Source: Candidatus Woesearchaeota archaeon (GTDB taxonomy: Archaea > Nanobdellota > Nanobdellia > Woesearchaeales > BM511). Taken from it: a stretch of 56,477 nt of DNA. Positions 1 through 9,675 of the stretch are shown here, piece by piece. Position 1 is the stretch's first letter. Every line of letters starts with the position of its first letter. A program made the position numbers and the translations under genes. The notes under the pieces were generated by a model. That model saw only the letters and a program-made list of their open reading frames with translations, made no database searches and was not told the DNA's origin. The stretch covers positions 1 to 56,477 of the forward strand of contig JAAOYB010000009.1 of the NCBI GenBank assembly GCA_018221135.1, written 5' to 3'.

Positions 1-82
1 GGTGCCGGAGTGGTCAAACGGGCTAGGCTTAGGACCTAGTGACTTAGTGTCTACGAGGGTTCGAACCCCTTCCTCCTCACCA
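1..82 (+). tRNA. tRNA-Leu(UAG), 5' end cut by the window edge
   Basis: Anticodon arm CTAGG-CTTAGGA-CCTAG (23-39) with anticodon TAG at 30-32. Long class II variable arm. T arm GAGGG-TTCGAAC-CCCTT (55-71). Acceptor 3' strand CCTCCTC, discriminator A and encoded CCA ending at 82. Most of the 5' acceptor strand lies upstream of position 1. Confidence 0.85.
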
Positions 83-106
83 TATTCATAAATTGTTTAA
101 TAAGAA

Positions 107-691
107 TTATTGTTTTTCTGTGATTTTGTTGAGGAGTATGCTCATGCCTGGTTCGTCTAGTATTAGCCACATCCTAGCGTAAACTTCTTCTTGTGTTATG
201 TTAAAACTCGTTTTTATTTCTAAGACATCTCTTTTTTTGCCTAAGAATTTGTAGACATCTTCTTTTTTGTATTCTTTATAAAAATTTGGAGGTAATGGCA
301 TCAGGCTAAGACCTGTGAAATCACTAAGGCTAGTGAGGTAAGCTCCATGAATAATATTAACTATTTCTTTTATGGCGCTCTCACCATCTTCGTCAATGTC
401 TATAATGCTTCCTTTATCTTTTATAGTAGCGATTTCTATAAGGCGAAGAGCCTCATTTTTTTCCAAGACAAAAATGAGGTTGCCCTCTATCTCGCCTAAG
501 ATGTTATTATTAACAATTAATCCACCTACAGGGTAACTCTTAATAAGATTCGTCTCAGATACTAAATCTAAATCAGGAAGGGCGATGTCAACTAATAAAC
601 TAGTAACTTTTGAGAGAGCGGTAGCGGCGTTTCCAATACCAATGTTCCCAATCTCTTTTAATATATCTTTTTGAATATTTGTTAATTCCAT
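107..691 (-). CDS. cheC: CheC-family CheY-P phosphatase with both active-site motifs intact
   Basis: The 194-aa ORF carries two copies of the CheC signature D/S-x3-E-x2-N-x22-P. The first is DILKEIGN followed by 22 residues then P. The second is SAIKEIVN followed by 22 residues then P. Confidence 0.8.
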   Translation of the reverse strand: MELTNIQKDILKEIGNIGIGNAATALSKVTSLLVDIALPDLDLVSETNLIKSYPVGGLIVNNNILGEIEGNLIFVLEKNEALRLIEIATIKDKGSIIDIDEDGESAIKEIVNIIHGAYLTSLSDFTGLSLMPLPPNFYKEYKKEDVYKFLGKKRDVLEIKTSFNITQEEVYARMWLILDEPGMSILLNKITEKQ

Positions 692-767
692 CTCTTAAAT
701 CATCTCTTAAATAACCCTTTTAGAAAGTTTACTTTAAATATTTTCCCCTATTATTAGTCCAAAAAGC

Positions 768-780
768 AAGGTTTATATTA
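768..780 (+). promoter_or_regulatory. BRE/TATA-like box upstream of nucS
   Basis: AAGGTTTATATTA ends about 25 nt before the nucS ATG at 806. It matches the box recurring upstream of other genes in this window. Confidence 0.5.
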
Positions 781-805
781 ATCATAAAAAAAACTTTTTA
801 ACATC

Positions 806-1549
806 ATGGTTGTGGGCTTTGATCATTTCATAGAAGAATTCAAAACAGCGCTAAGCGCAAATCAAACAATAACCTTTTTTTGCCACTGCAAGATACGCTA
901 CAGCGGAAGAGCAGAGAGTTTCTTACCAATAGGGGATAGGGTGATAATAATAAAATCAGATAATACGCTCTTAGTTCACCAACCAGACGGGAACAACCCA
1001 ATTAATTATATGAAGCCACAAAGTCAAATAACGATAAGCAAAAAAGAAGACTACTTGTTGATAAGTAGTAGGAACTTACAGCACAAAGACTACCTTGATA
1101 TAGAAGTACAAGGAGTTTACAGCTTCATGTCATACAAGTTAGAAGACGGACAAAAACTTCTTCTCGAAGGCAGCGAGAAGGATATGAGCGACATGATATA
1201 CGACAACCCAGAACTCATCTCAAAAAATTTCAAACCACTCAGCAGAGAAGAACACACAAAATACGGTTTCATAGACGTATTCGGCCATAATGATAAGAAC
1301 GAATTAATAATTGTTGAATGCAAACGCTACACAGCGAGTCTTAGTTGTGTTACTCAACTAAGACGCTACGTTGAGAAAATAAAAGAGTTAAAAGGAACAA
1401 AGAAAGTCACAGGCGTACTTGCAGCGCCAAAGATAAGCCCCAACGCTAAGAAGATGCTTCTTGATTGGAAATTCAAATACAAAAAAATAAATCCACCAAA
1501 AAGACTAGAAAGATACAACAAAGACCAAAAGACGCTTGGCGAATACTAA
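806..1549 (+). CDS. nucS: Endonuclease NucS/EndoMS
   Basis: 247 aa. The C-terminal RecB-like nuclease core GFIDVFGHNDKNELIIVECKR followed by QLRRYVEKI is typical of archaeal NucS. Confidence 0.8.
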   Translation: MVVGFDHFIEEFKTALSANQTITFFCHCKIRYSGRAESFLPIGDRVIIIKSDNTLLVHQPDGNNPINYMKPQSQITISKKEDYLLISSRNLQHKDYLDIEVQGVYSFMSYKLEDGQKLLLEGSEKDMSDMIYDNPELISKNFKPLSREEHTKYGFIDVFGHNDKNELIIVECKRYTASLSCVTQLRRYVEKIKELKGTKKVTGVLAAPKISPNAKKMLLDWKFKYKKINPPKRLERYNKDQKTLGEY

Positions 1550-1564
1550 AAAAACTTTTTTTTT
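1548..1564. terminator. A-run/C/T-run element directly after the nucS stop
   Basis: AAAAAAACTTTTTTTTT overlaps the TAA stop. An oligo-T tract is the known archaeal termination signal, and the A-run provides an oligo-T on the opposite strand. Confidence 0.55.
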
Positions 1565-1575
1565 AGTGGTTTAGT

Positions 1576-1587
1576 AAGCTTTAAATA
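1576..1587 (+). promoter_or_regulatory. BRE/TATA-like box upstream of the PGI/PMI gene
   Basis: AAGCTTTAAATA ends 25 nt before the ATG at 1612. Confidence 0.45.
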
Positions 1588-1611
1588 CTACTCAATCACT
1601 ATTTACTTACT

Positions 1612-2628
1612 ATGGAAGAGCAAAAAAAAGAAGATTATGAGGAATTAATAGAGAGCCTCGACACTCACAACGTACGCGCAGTGTTTAGGAATTTCTCTGA
1701 ACAAATCTATAAAGGAGTAGCAAGCGCCGCTAACATAAACATCATAGAAGAAATAAACAAAATAGTTATTTGTGGGATGGGAGGAAGCGCGCTTCCAGGA
1801 TACTTACTAAAACAATACTTATATGACATCCCTATACCAATCTTCGTAGTAGAAGACTATGACCTCCCAAGCTACGTGGACAAAGAAACCTTAGTCTTCG
1901 CTGTGAGTTACTCAGGAAACACTGAGGAAACAATTAGTGCTTATAAACAAGCAATAAAATCAGGTGCCAAAACGATAGCTATAAGCTCAGGAGGAAAACT
2001 AAAAGAGTTATGCGAGATAAACAAAACACCTTTGATTAGTGTTATTCCAAGCTACGCTCCCCGCCAAGCATACGGCATACTATTTTTTCCTATGCTAAAA
2101 GTCTTAGAGAACTCAAAAATAATCCCTGAAGAAAACGAGAACATAAAAAAATTATTGTTAGCACTAAAAAAAACTAATTTTGAAGATATGGGAAGAACCC
2201 TTGCTAATAGGCTTCTAAACAAAACACCCTTAATATATGCTAGTAGTAGCCTAGGAGTCGCTGCTTGGAAGTGGAGGATAAACCTAAATGAGAACACCAA
2301 AATACTCGCTTTTAGCAACGTTTTCCCAGCGTTGGACCACAACGAGCTAAACGGCTTCGACCAAGTAATAGGAGATTACTACGTCATAATCTTGCGAGAC
2401 GAGAAAGAAAGCAAGAAATTAGCAAAGAGGATAGAAGCAACAAAGAAACTAATAAAAGAAAAAGGAGTGCAAGTAACAGAAGTAGGAATAACTGGTGATT
2501 GCTACTTAACAAGGCTTTTTAGCGCTATACTAATAGGTGATTGGGCCACGTATTATCTTAGTATAATGTACGAAAAAAACCCTTACTCAACACCGATGAT
2601 AGATAAACTAAAAGAATTACTAAGATAA
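1612..2628 (+). CDS. Bifunctional phosphoglucose/phosphomannose isomerase (SIS domain, archaeal PGI/PMI family)
   Basis: 338 aa with CGMGGSALPG and VSYSGNTEET SIS-domain motifs. Length and C-terminal half are typical of the PGI/PMI family. Confidence 0.75.
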   Translation: MEEQKKEDYEELIESLDTHNVRAVFRNFSEQIYKGVASAANINIIEEINKIVICGMGGSALPGYLLKQYLYDIPIPIFVVEDYDLPSYVDKETLVFAVSYSGNTEETISAYKQAIKSGAKTIAISSGGKLKELCEINKTPLISVIPSYAPRQAYGILFFPMLKVLENSKIIPEENENIKKLLLALKKTNFEDMGRTLANRLLNKTPLIYASSSLGVAAWKWRINLNENTKILAFSNVFPALDHNELNGFDQVIGDYYVIILRDEKESKKLAKRIEATKKLIKEKGVQVTEVGITGDCYLTRLFSAILIGDWATYYLSIMYEKNPYSTPMIDKLKELLR

Positions 2629-2630
2629 TA

Positions 2631-2669
2631 AAAAAAAACTTTTTTTTTTCGTCGGCAAAAAACTTTTTT
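2631..2669. terminator. Tandem pair of A-run/C/T-run elements after the PGI/PMI stop
   Basis: AAAAAAAACTTTTTTTTTT (2631-2649) is followed by AAAAAACTTTTTT (2657-2669). Confidence 0.55.
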
Positions 2670-2755
2670 ATCAAAAAATATATAAAGGTGTAAACAAAAA
2701 CTTTATCCTAATAAAAAAAGAGCATAATAATACTCGTAATGGGTGGAATACAACA

Positions 2756-3157
2756 ATGAAAAAATTAATGAATAAGATAAAAAAAAGGATGAAAACAAAA
2801 GCTTCTGATGACGAAGTAATAGAGAATGAGTACTTAGAACTCAACACCGAGTCATCCTTTGATAGATCAAGCAAAGTCATAGTTCGACCGTTCACCATAG
2901 AAGACTTCTCAGACCTAAAACCAATCCTTGATAGTTTAAGAGAAGGATACACCGTGGCACTAGTCAATATTAAGCCGCTTCGAGAAAAAGATATTGTCGA
3001 GCTTAAAAGAGCTATTAACAAGCTAAAAAAGACGACTGACGCTATCGAGGGAGAAATCGCGGGTTTCGGCGATGACTACATCGTAGTCACTCCTAGCTTC
3101 GCCACTATTTATAGAAGCAGCCAAACCGAGAAAGTGGGCGGCACAGACATAGAATAA
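2756..3157 (+). CDS. sepF: Archaeal SepF-like cell division protein (DUF552)
   Basis: 133 aa. The core VIVRPFTIEDFSDLKPILDSLREGYTVALVNIKPL...DAIEGEIAGFGDDYIVVTP matches the SepF fold pattern. Confidence 0.75.
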   Translation: MKKLMNKIKKRMKTKASDDEVIENEYLELNTESSFDRSSKVIVRPFTIEDFSDLKPILDSLREGYTVALVNIKPLREKDIVELKRAINKLKKTTDAIEGEIAGFGDDYIVVTPSFATIYRSSQTEKVGGTDIE

Positions 3158-3169
3158 AAAAAACTTTTT
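3156..3169. terminator. Putative bidirectional terminator between convergent sepF and the 509-aa gene
   Basis: AAAAAAAACTTTTT sits in the 15-nt gap between two convergent stop codons. Confidence 0.5.
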
Positions 3170-3172
3170 CTT

Positions 3173-4702
3173 TTATTTTTCTTCTATACTCCAAACTTCT
3201 GATGTAAAACTCAAAGCAGAACTAGGCAGAACAAACCTACCTTGATAATCTGGGCTTATCAAATAATAATCGATATCGACGTATTCCCCGCTTCTAATAA
3301 CATCGAAGCTAACACTAAAAGATTTTATGTTCGAATTAAGGATTATTGGAACAACGCTTTTTCTTTGAGTACTAATAACGACTTCTTCGTCTAACAATTT
3401 TTTTACGCTAAGAAAATACTCAATCTCCTCGCCGCCTAACAAAGTGCTTAAGAAAAGGACGTCTACTTTAACACTTCTAATATCATAACTAGAGGGGTTA
3501 AGAACCCTTACATTGATTAAGACAGAATCATTTAAAGCAATGCTTTTCTTCTTACTAAAACTAGTCATGTAAGGCTCTATTGTTTGGTAAGGTCTTTGAA
3601 AAATTAAACCCTTACTATTCTTGGTATTATACGCGCTTATCGGCTTATCACCTAATACTCTTAGAGTATTACTGAATTCTTTAGGGATAATATTTGCTGT
3701 GTTAGGACTGACTTCTTGATGCAGTTGAATGTTCTGTGCTTCGTCTACTAAGACATAAGTCGTGTTCTCAAGACTTGTTAAGTTATCTCCAAACAATCCA
3801 GAGATGTAAGTGTTAGGATTATGAATTGTTACAAATAACTCATTATTAATACTATTAGTTGGTAGCGCAGGTGAGAAATCAGTTATGCTACCTGGGTCTT
3901 GGTACTCAAAAACACCTATTTTCTTATTTGATGTTATCCTTGAACCAACGAGTAAAGTAAAATCGTGAACTCCTTTGCCAAGCGTGTTTTCTTCATCAAA
4001 AACTCCGTCGTTATTAATATCAAAACGCACAGTAGTCTCATCAAATACTACGCCAAGCCGAGTCTTTCCACCCATAACTTTAATGAAATCTTTTCCTGCT
4101 TGGCTACTAAGACCGAACTTGGAAGAAGCAATAACTGGGTTAGTACTATTAACATACCAAACACCACCAGAATCAGATAAAGTATTAATAGTTGTGGTGT
4201 CAGTTACGTTTTCTTCGATTAACTCGCCTTTCCTATCAAGAATATTAATGTATGAGTTTGGGCTTATGATTTTCCAAATAGACCCGCTACCAGCAGGAGT
4301 GATTAAAACCAAATCATTTTTTAAACTAGTAATAGGCGGAACGCAATAATAATTAGTGTATTGATTACCATTATAAGAATTGTAAACATCATAAGTTCTT
4401 TGATTAACCACTACTGGTTTATCTGCGTGGATATAGCTTCCCGCTCTAAGACTCCAAGGTAGACTAGCAACAAACGCCTCGTTATCACGAATACTTTTTT
4501 TGTAATCCCAAACCCCATCATAATTAACATCAAAAAAAAGAGTGGTGTCATCATACAAAGCGATTATTTGAGGAGCGTAGCTACTAATAGAGAAATAGTC
4601 GCTTCCCGCAAAACAATAAGGTTCCTTGCTAACACCAAACACAGTTGTTGAAACTAACAAAAAAATTGTTGTAACCCAAAAAAACTTAGTTAAACCCCTC
4701 AT
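3173..4702 (-). CDS. Secreted or cell-surface protein of unknown function with an internal duplication
   Basis: 509 aa with an N-terminal hydrophobic signal/anchor (FWVTTIFLLVSTTVFG). Two related segments contain DxNxDGxxD-type motifs (FFDVNYDGVWDY and RFDINNDGVFDEE). Confidence 0.6.
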   Translation of the reverse strand: MRGLTKFFWVTTIFLLVSTTVFGVSKEPYCFAGSDYFSISSYAPQIIALYDDTTLFFDVNYDGVWDYKKSIRDNEAFVASLPWSLRAGSYIHADKPVVVNQRTYDVYNSYNGNQYTNYYCVPPITSLKNDLVLITPAGSGSIWKIISPNSYINILDRKGELIEENVTDTTTINTLSDSGGVWYVNSTNPVIASSKFGLSSQAGKDFIKVMGGKTRLGVVFDETTVRFDINNDGVFDEENTLGKGVHDFTLLVGSRITSNKKIGVFEYQDPGSITDFSPALPTNSINNELFVTIHNPNTYISGLFGDNLTSLENTTYVLVDEAQNIQLHQEVSPNTANIIPKEFSNTLRVLGDKPISAYNTKNSKGLIFQRPYQTIEPYMTSFSKKKSIALNDSVLINVRVLNPSSYDIRSVKVDVLFLSTLLGGEEIEYFLSVKKLLDEEVVISTQRKSVVPIILNSNIKSFSVSFDVIRSGEYVDIDYYLISPDYQGRFVLPSSALSFTSEVWSIEEK

Positions 4703-4766
4703 GAAACCATTGAAGAAAACTACTTATTTAAAAAATTTGTGTAACTATTAAACAAAAAATTTTTAT

Positions 4767-6026
4767 TTAGTAAAACCCTATGTGTTTGTCTAAAAACCTC
4801 ATGATATGTTCAGTAACAGGTGTGTTATCTAATGATAAAAATCCTCGTTGCTGGTTTGGATCATCCATTATTATATGACTAAAAGAACCTTTTCTAACAA
4901 TAGCATTACCACAACTCCGATACACTTTTTCAAGTCTTTCCTGCTGAAAAGGCATAAATGGCTTAAGAAATAAATCTTTAGTTCCATAAATGAATAGTTT
5001 AGGGACTTTTTTCAAATATTTTTCTTGATAATACTCAAAAAAACTAATTTTGTCCTTTTTATGTTTGAATTTTGTTATGTCTTCTAAGAATTCAAGAAAA
5101 TCAACAGGTTCTTTCATATTAAGAAGGTAATTAATAAATTCTTTTGCGTCTTTTGTTTTAAAAAGTTGCCACTTAGAATACTCTTCATCACTTGACTCAT
5201 CTTTTACTATCTTATCTGCTCCTTCCTTATAAAAAGCTTTCATTTGAGGTTTATGCAATGCATATTTTATTACTCTCCTAACATTTTTTTCAGATAACTT
5301 ATTCAATATTTTTAACCCCGGAACAGCTCCCTTTGAATCTTTAGGCATTGCTAAAAAAACATAACAATCAGCGATAAGGTTATTACTTACTGTTCGCTTC
5401 AAAGATTTTAAGATTATTTGTTTTAATTCATCATATCTTTTCTCGATTTGTTGAGTATAATAACCAATACCATCGCCTTTCTTAAGAGTAACAGCTAAAT
5501 CTTGTACTAATTTAATAATCTCATTCCAAATCTTATAGAGATTAGATTCCATCTCACTATTATAACTAGCAACAGATAACAAACCACCAACAGCACCTAA
5601 ACTATGACCAATAACACCCACTCTTTTCATACCATAATTTTTTTTTAATAAATTAATACTTGCCATGACGCTCTCACTAATCTCCCCAACAGTTAATCTT
5701 CTAAGATTAAGATGATGAGAAGGAAGGTCGATACTAAGACAAAAATATCCATACAAAGCAAGCCTCCTAGCTAAGATAGCCATACAATGCCTACTACCAG
5801 TTATTCCGTGAACTAATAATACTGCTTTGTTAGGATTGTGCCCTTCCAAAACATAAGTTGTTCCATGAATCCTCCCATAACTAATATCTTTTTCATTAAT
5901 TCTTATATTCTCTTTAGAAAAAGCTTTTTTTGTTAATTCTTTTTGCAATTTTCTCCAGTTAGGAGGATGTCTTTTATCAACTAAATCTTTTATTAAGTTA
6001 TACGAAGTGTCCTTTTTACCAAACAT
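4767..6026 (-). CDS. Alpha/beta-fold hydrolase
   Basis: 419 aa with the nucleophile elbow VIGHSLGAVGG and an upstream LLVHGITGSRH oxyanion-region motif. Confidence 0.65.
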   Translation of the reverse strand: MFGKKDTSYNLIKDLVDKRHPPNWRKLQKELTKKAFSKENIRINEKDISYGRIHGTTYVLEGHNPNKAVLLVHGITGSRHCMAILARRLALYGYFCLSIDLPSHHLNLRRLTVGEISESVMASINLLKKNYGMKRVGVIGHSLGAVGGLLSVASYNSEMESNLYKIWNEIIKLVQDLAVTLKKGDGIGYYTQQIEKRYDELKQIILKSLKRTVSNNLIADCYVFLAMPKDSKGAVPGLKILNKLSEKNVRRVIKYALHKPQMKAFYKEGADKIVKDESSDEEYSKWQLFKTKDAKEFINYLLNMKEPVDFLEFLEDITKFKHKKDKISFFEYYQEKYLKKVPKLFIYGTKDLFLKPFMPFQQERLEKVYRSCGNAIVRKGSFSHIIMDDPNQQRGFLSLDNTPVTEHIMRFLDKHIGFY

Positions 6027-7010
6027 TTACTTGTATCCTTCTGGATTGTTTTTGTGCCACTCCCAAGCATGCTTAATTATTTCTTCGACGTCAGAGTACT
6101 TGGGTTTCCACCCTAATTCTTTTCTTATCAAGCTACTATCTGCTACTAGGCTTGGCGGGTCCCCCGGCCTCCTAGCTGCTTCTACCACTCTTATCTTTAT
6201 CCCAGTAATTTTTTTTGCTGCGTCTATTATTTGTTTAACACTAAAACCATTACCAGTACCAACGTTGTAAGCTTTTGACTCACCCATTTTTTTTAAGTGA
6301 TTAACAGCCAAGATGTGCGCGCTTGCCAAGTCAACAACATGGATGTAGTCTCTTACGCAACTACCATCTTTTGTGGGGTAATCAACTCCGAAAACACTGA
6401 CTTCTTTACCTTCCACAGCTCTTTTTAAAACAATAGGGATAAGGTGGGTTTCGGGGTCGTGATCCTCACCGAACTCACCAGATGGATCCGCGCCTGAAGC
6501 ATTAAAGTACCTCAAACAAACACTTCTTATACCATAAGCGACTTCGGCGTGTTTTAAGAATCTCTCAACAACCCACTTAGTCTCACCATAAGCATTAGTA
6601 GGATCTTTAGGGGCGTCTTCAGGTATAGGGACTTTCTTAGCATCGCCGTACACAGCTGCGCTACTACTAAAAACGATGTTTTTAACACCTGCTTTTTGCA
6701 TCGCGTCAATAAGCCTAACAGTTTTTAAAACATTATTATCATAATACTTAACAGGGTCAGTTGTGCTCTCAGGGACTACTATGTAACCAGCGAAGTGAAC
6801 AACGCAATCAACAGAGTACTTCTTCATCACATTAACCAATTTTTTAGTGTCGCCAACGTCTCCGCCTACAAACTTAGCTTTTGATGGCAACGCTTTTTTG
6901 TGTCCGTACTCTAAGGAGTCATAAACTACTACTTCAAACCCTTTACTTACGAGTTCCCTTACTGTGTGACTGCCGATGTAACCAGCGCCTCCACAAACCA
7001 ATATACTCAT
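6027..7010 (-). CDS. galE: UDP-glucose 4-epimerase
   Basis: 327 aa with the Rossmann motif VCGGAGYIGSH and catalytic YGETK. It is alignable by eye along its full length to GalE. Confidence 0.85.
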   Translation of the reverse strand: MSILVCGGAGYIGSHTVRELVSKGFEVVVYDSLEYGHKKALPSKAKFVGGDVGDTKKLVNVMKKYSVDCVVHFAGYIVVPESTTDPVKYYDNNVLKTVRLIDAMQKAGVKNIVFSSSAAVYGDAKKVPIPEDAPKDPTNAYGETKWVVERFLKHAEVAYGIRSVCLRYFNASGADPSGEFGEDHDPETHLIPIVLKRAVEGKEVSVFGVDYPTKDGSCVRDYIHVVDLASAHILAVNHLKKMGESKAYNVGTGNGFSVKQIIDAAKKITGIKIRVVEAARRPGDPPSLVADSSLIRKELGWKPKYSDVEEIIKHAWEWHKNNPEGYK

Positions 7011-8194
7011 CTTAGCTCACCCGCTTTCTCCTTATTTTTTTTAATGATTTCTTTATAAGTTTCTTCCCACTTAGCTACTACTACATCCAAGTCGTGTTGC
7101 TTAATGATTTCTAATGTTGCTTTCTGCATTTTTTTGTAAAGCTTCTTATCCTTTAATAGTTTAAGAATGGCTTGCGCGAAAGCTTTCCTATCCCCTACTT
7201 GGGCTATTATCCCATTTTTATTGTGAAGAATCAGGTTAGGCACGCCTTTTGCTTTCACCCCTACGCAAACCAAACCGTTTGCTTGGGATTCTAAAATTGT
7301 TAGAGGCTGGTTCTCTGTTACCGAAGCGGTTGCGAAAACGTCACACGCTTTAAAGATTCCTGACTTTATTAGGTCATCATGAGCTATGCTTCCTAATAAA
7401 AGAATGTTTTTTTCTAACTTCATATCCTTAACAGCTTCTTGGATCTCTTCTTTTTGAGGTCCATCACCAATTATGAGCAGCCTAGTCTTAGGAGACTTTC
7501 TTACTACTAGGTTGAAGCACTCAACTAGGTAAACAAGATTTTTTTCGTGAGCTATTCTTCCTATGAACAAAACCAAGCCTCCTCCTAGTGAGTATTTCTT
7601 CTTAACCGTTGCTGCTTTACTATTATCAAACATAGTAGTGTCTATCCCGTTAGAAATCACGGTGACAGGAGGCTTGCACCCATGCTTGATGATTTCTTGT
7701 CTTGTATAAGCAGAAGGCGTAGTTATTAATTCGCATTTCCTGTAACAATAATTCGAATAAGCCCATGCGAGTTTCTCAAACACCTTGAAATTGAGGTGTG
7801 CGTGAGCTAGGTAATTAGGATCTGCGAAGAAGGTATGAAAAGTGCCGATGAGAGGGAGTCCTAGCTTCGTTGCTAGCTTCGTTGCTACAAGACCAAGAGT
7901 ACCAAATGTTTGGAAATGAATAACTTCCGGCTTGAACTCCTTTAATAATCTTAAGCATTTCCTGTAACAAGGAAGCACCACGCGATATTCTTTGTATGAA
8001 AGAAGAGGCACTGATTTCATACGCGCAACGCTTATGTTCTTATCCAAATTGATTTTTTCATCACCGCCATACGAAGGAGCAATGATCAATATTTGATGGC
8101 CTTTTTTTGCTAGGCATTTAACCGCGTTGGATATGGCTGTGACTACTCCGTCAACATTAGGGTAAAAAGTATCAGTCATTATCACTATTCGCAT
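7007..8194 (-). CDS. Glycosyltransferase, GT4 (GT-B) family
   Basis: 395 aa with N-terminal FYPNVDGVV and the E-x7-E motif ENQPLTILESQANG. Its stop overlaps the galE start (ATGA). Confidence 0.8.
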   Translation of the reverse strand: MRIVIMTDTFYPNVDGVVTAISNAVKCLAKKGHQILIIAPSYGGDEKINLDKNISVARMKSVPLLSYKEYRVVLPCYRKCLRLLKEFKPEVIHFQTFGTLGLVATKLATKLGLPLIGTFHTFFADPNYLAHAHLNFKVFEKLAWAYSNYCYRKCELITTPSAYTRQEIIKHGCKPPVTVISNGIDTTMFDNSKAATVKKKYSLGGGLVLFIGRIAHEKNLVYLVECFNLVVRKSPKTRLLIIGDGPQKEEIQEAVKDMKLEKNILLLGSIAHDDLIKSGIFKACDVFATASVTENQPLTILESQANGLVCVGVKAKGVPNLILHNKNGIIAQVGDRKAFAQAILKLLKDKKLYKKMQKATLEIIKQHDLDVVVAKWEETYKEIIKKNKEKAGELR

Positions 8195-8358
8195 CTTATC
8201 TCATATCACCATCTTTTTCTTTATCAAAGTTGATAAGTTAAGCATTCTTGTCATAAACATAAAATCTTTGTTTTGAGCTTTAAATAATTAATTGTTTTTC
8301 CCTTTCTAAAAAGAAGAAATGAGAAAGATTAATATATAATACTTATACAAAAAAAGAC

Positions 8359-8787
8359 ATGAATTTTTTGTTTAATAAAATAAGAGAAAACCCTTCTATT
8401 ATCTTGAGGGTTTTTATGGGCGGCGTATTCTTATCAGCAAGTATTTATAGAGTCATAAATCCAAGTCTTGCAATCTTAGAATTGCAAAGTCTTCACTTAC
8501 CAACTTTTTTGGGTTGGCCTCTTATAATATTTGAGTTCTTCTTAGGAGTCTCGTTTCTTAGTAACAAATACGTAAAGCAAGCATTACTATCAGGAATGGT
8601 CTTCTTAACTTTCGCTATCACAGTAGCGACTTTCACTAACATAAGAGGTGTCTTATCAGCTCTCTCAGAGTTATTCGTCTTAAACCACACACCAACAGAC
8701 TTATTACTTCACTTCTTCTTTTTATTAATACTGAGTTATCTATACTTATTAGACTACTCAAAAATTAAAACTAAGAAAAAGAAATAA
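8359..8787 (+). CDS. Small integral membrane protein (DoxX/MauE-like topology)
   Basis: 142 aa with about four hydrophobic helices. The TATA-like AAGATTAATATATAAT lies about 20 nt upstream. Confidence 0.5.
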   Translation: MNFLFNKIRENPSIILRVFMGGVFLSASIYRVINPSLAILELQSLHLPTFLGWPLIIFEFFLGVSFLSNKYVKQALLSGMVFLTFAITVATFTNIRGVLSALSELFVLNHTPTDLLLHFFFLLILSYLYLLDYSKIKTKKKK

Positions 8788-9360
8788 TTAATCCTTTTTT
8801 TCTATTTTGGTTATGCTCTCTACGAATTGTTTTATTGATTCTTTATATGGAAATAATCGTTTCTCATTTTTTGGGTATTCGCTGAAGCGCTCTCCATCGG
8901 CTTGTGCTATGCAATCCCAACCAAAACCGTTTTTGTCTATAATCTCATTTACGATTTCTATATTAGTCTCAGCGCAAAAAACGTTGGTTTCTCCAGTATT
9001 ATTAATGTGGGCTAAGCACACCTTAAAAACCGCGTTTCTATTAGTTTTGTCTTTCATTAATCTTATTATGCCTTCATTACCAATAGTTTCCAACGCGTAA
9101 TTAGTGTTAACACCAGGAAAACCATTCAAGGCCTCGATAAAAATTCCAGTATCAGTTACTACCAATTCCTTATTTGTTTTCTCATATGCAGTTCTTGCTT
9201 TGTTAATCGCTGTGCCTTCAAGCGTGTCTGTCTTGATTTCTTCAAAGTCAAGTCGAAGCATCTCAAACTTGACTTTATCAGTGAATTCTTCTAAGAAATA
9301 ATTCAAGTTATCAATTTTGCCCTGATTCGAACTCACAAAAAAAACGGTTTTCATAAACAA
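8788..9360 (-). CDS. Non-canonical purine NTP pyrophosphatase (Ham1/RdgB/ITPase family)
   Basis: 190 aa with VFFVSSNQGK near the N terminus and TGIFIEALNGFPGVNT. Confidence 0.75.
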   Translation of the reverse strand: MFMKTVFFVSSNQGKIDNLNYFLEEFTDKVKFEMLRLDFEEIKTDTLEGTAINKARTAYEKTNKELVVTDTGIFIEALNGFPGVNTNYALETIGNEGIIRLMKDKTNRNAVFKVCLAHINNTGETNVFCAETNIEIVNEIIDKNGFGWDCIAQADGERFSEYPKNEKRLFPYKESIKQFVESITKIEKKD

Positions 9361-9409
9361 AGTCTCTTTTAAGTTATATTTATAAATTTAATTAAATAAA
9401 CAAATAAGT

Positions 9410-9610
9410 ATGGGGGAAGAACAAAAAAAGCGCTTATCTAAGAATGTTAGCGTTGACGAACACGAAAAAGTAAAAGGATTACTACACAAAGAAATCCTTA
9501 AGAGAGACTCTCAAATAGATAAGTTAAAAGAAGAAAACATAATCTTACTTAAGACTAGTCTTAAGAGAAGCAAAGAATTAAAAGAAATACAAGAAAAACT
9601 AAGCAAATAA
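9410..9610 (+). CDS. Small K/E-rich coiled-coil protein, function unknown
   Basis: 66-aa ORF with a TATA-like box about 30 nt upstream. No recognisable domain. Confidence 0.35.
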   Translation: MGEEQKKRLSKNVSVDEHEKVKGLLHKEILKRDSQIDKLKEENIILLKTSLKRSKELKEIQEKLSK

Positions 9611-9675
9611 CGACAACAATTTTTTTTCCTAAACAATAAATATAAAAAGGCCCAACCACACCTTTTTTTATTAAC

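Noticed and set aside
1-700. Possibility that the tRNA-Leu marks an integration site of a mobile island containing the downstream genes.
   Set aside because: No integrase, no direct repeat of the tRNA 3' end and no transposase were found anywhere in the window. The genes after the tRNA are ordinary housekeeping genes.
2671-3021. Minus-strand 116-aa ORF opposite sepF. Similar antisense ORFs occur at 1117..1323, 2052..2342, 8807..9100, 13433..13726, 16482..16967, 49529..50014 and 50735..51208.
   Set aside because: Each overlaps a plus- or minus-strand gene with clear family motifs, and each has a serine/leucine/phenylalanine-rich shadow-ORF composition.
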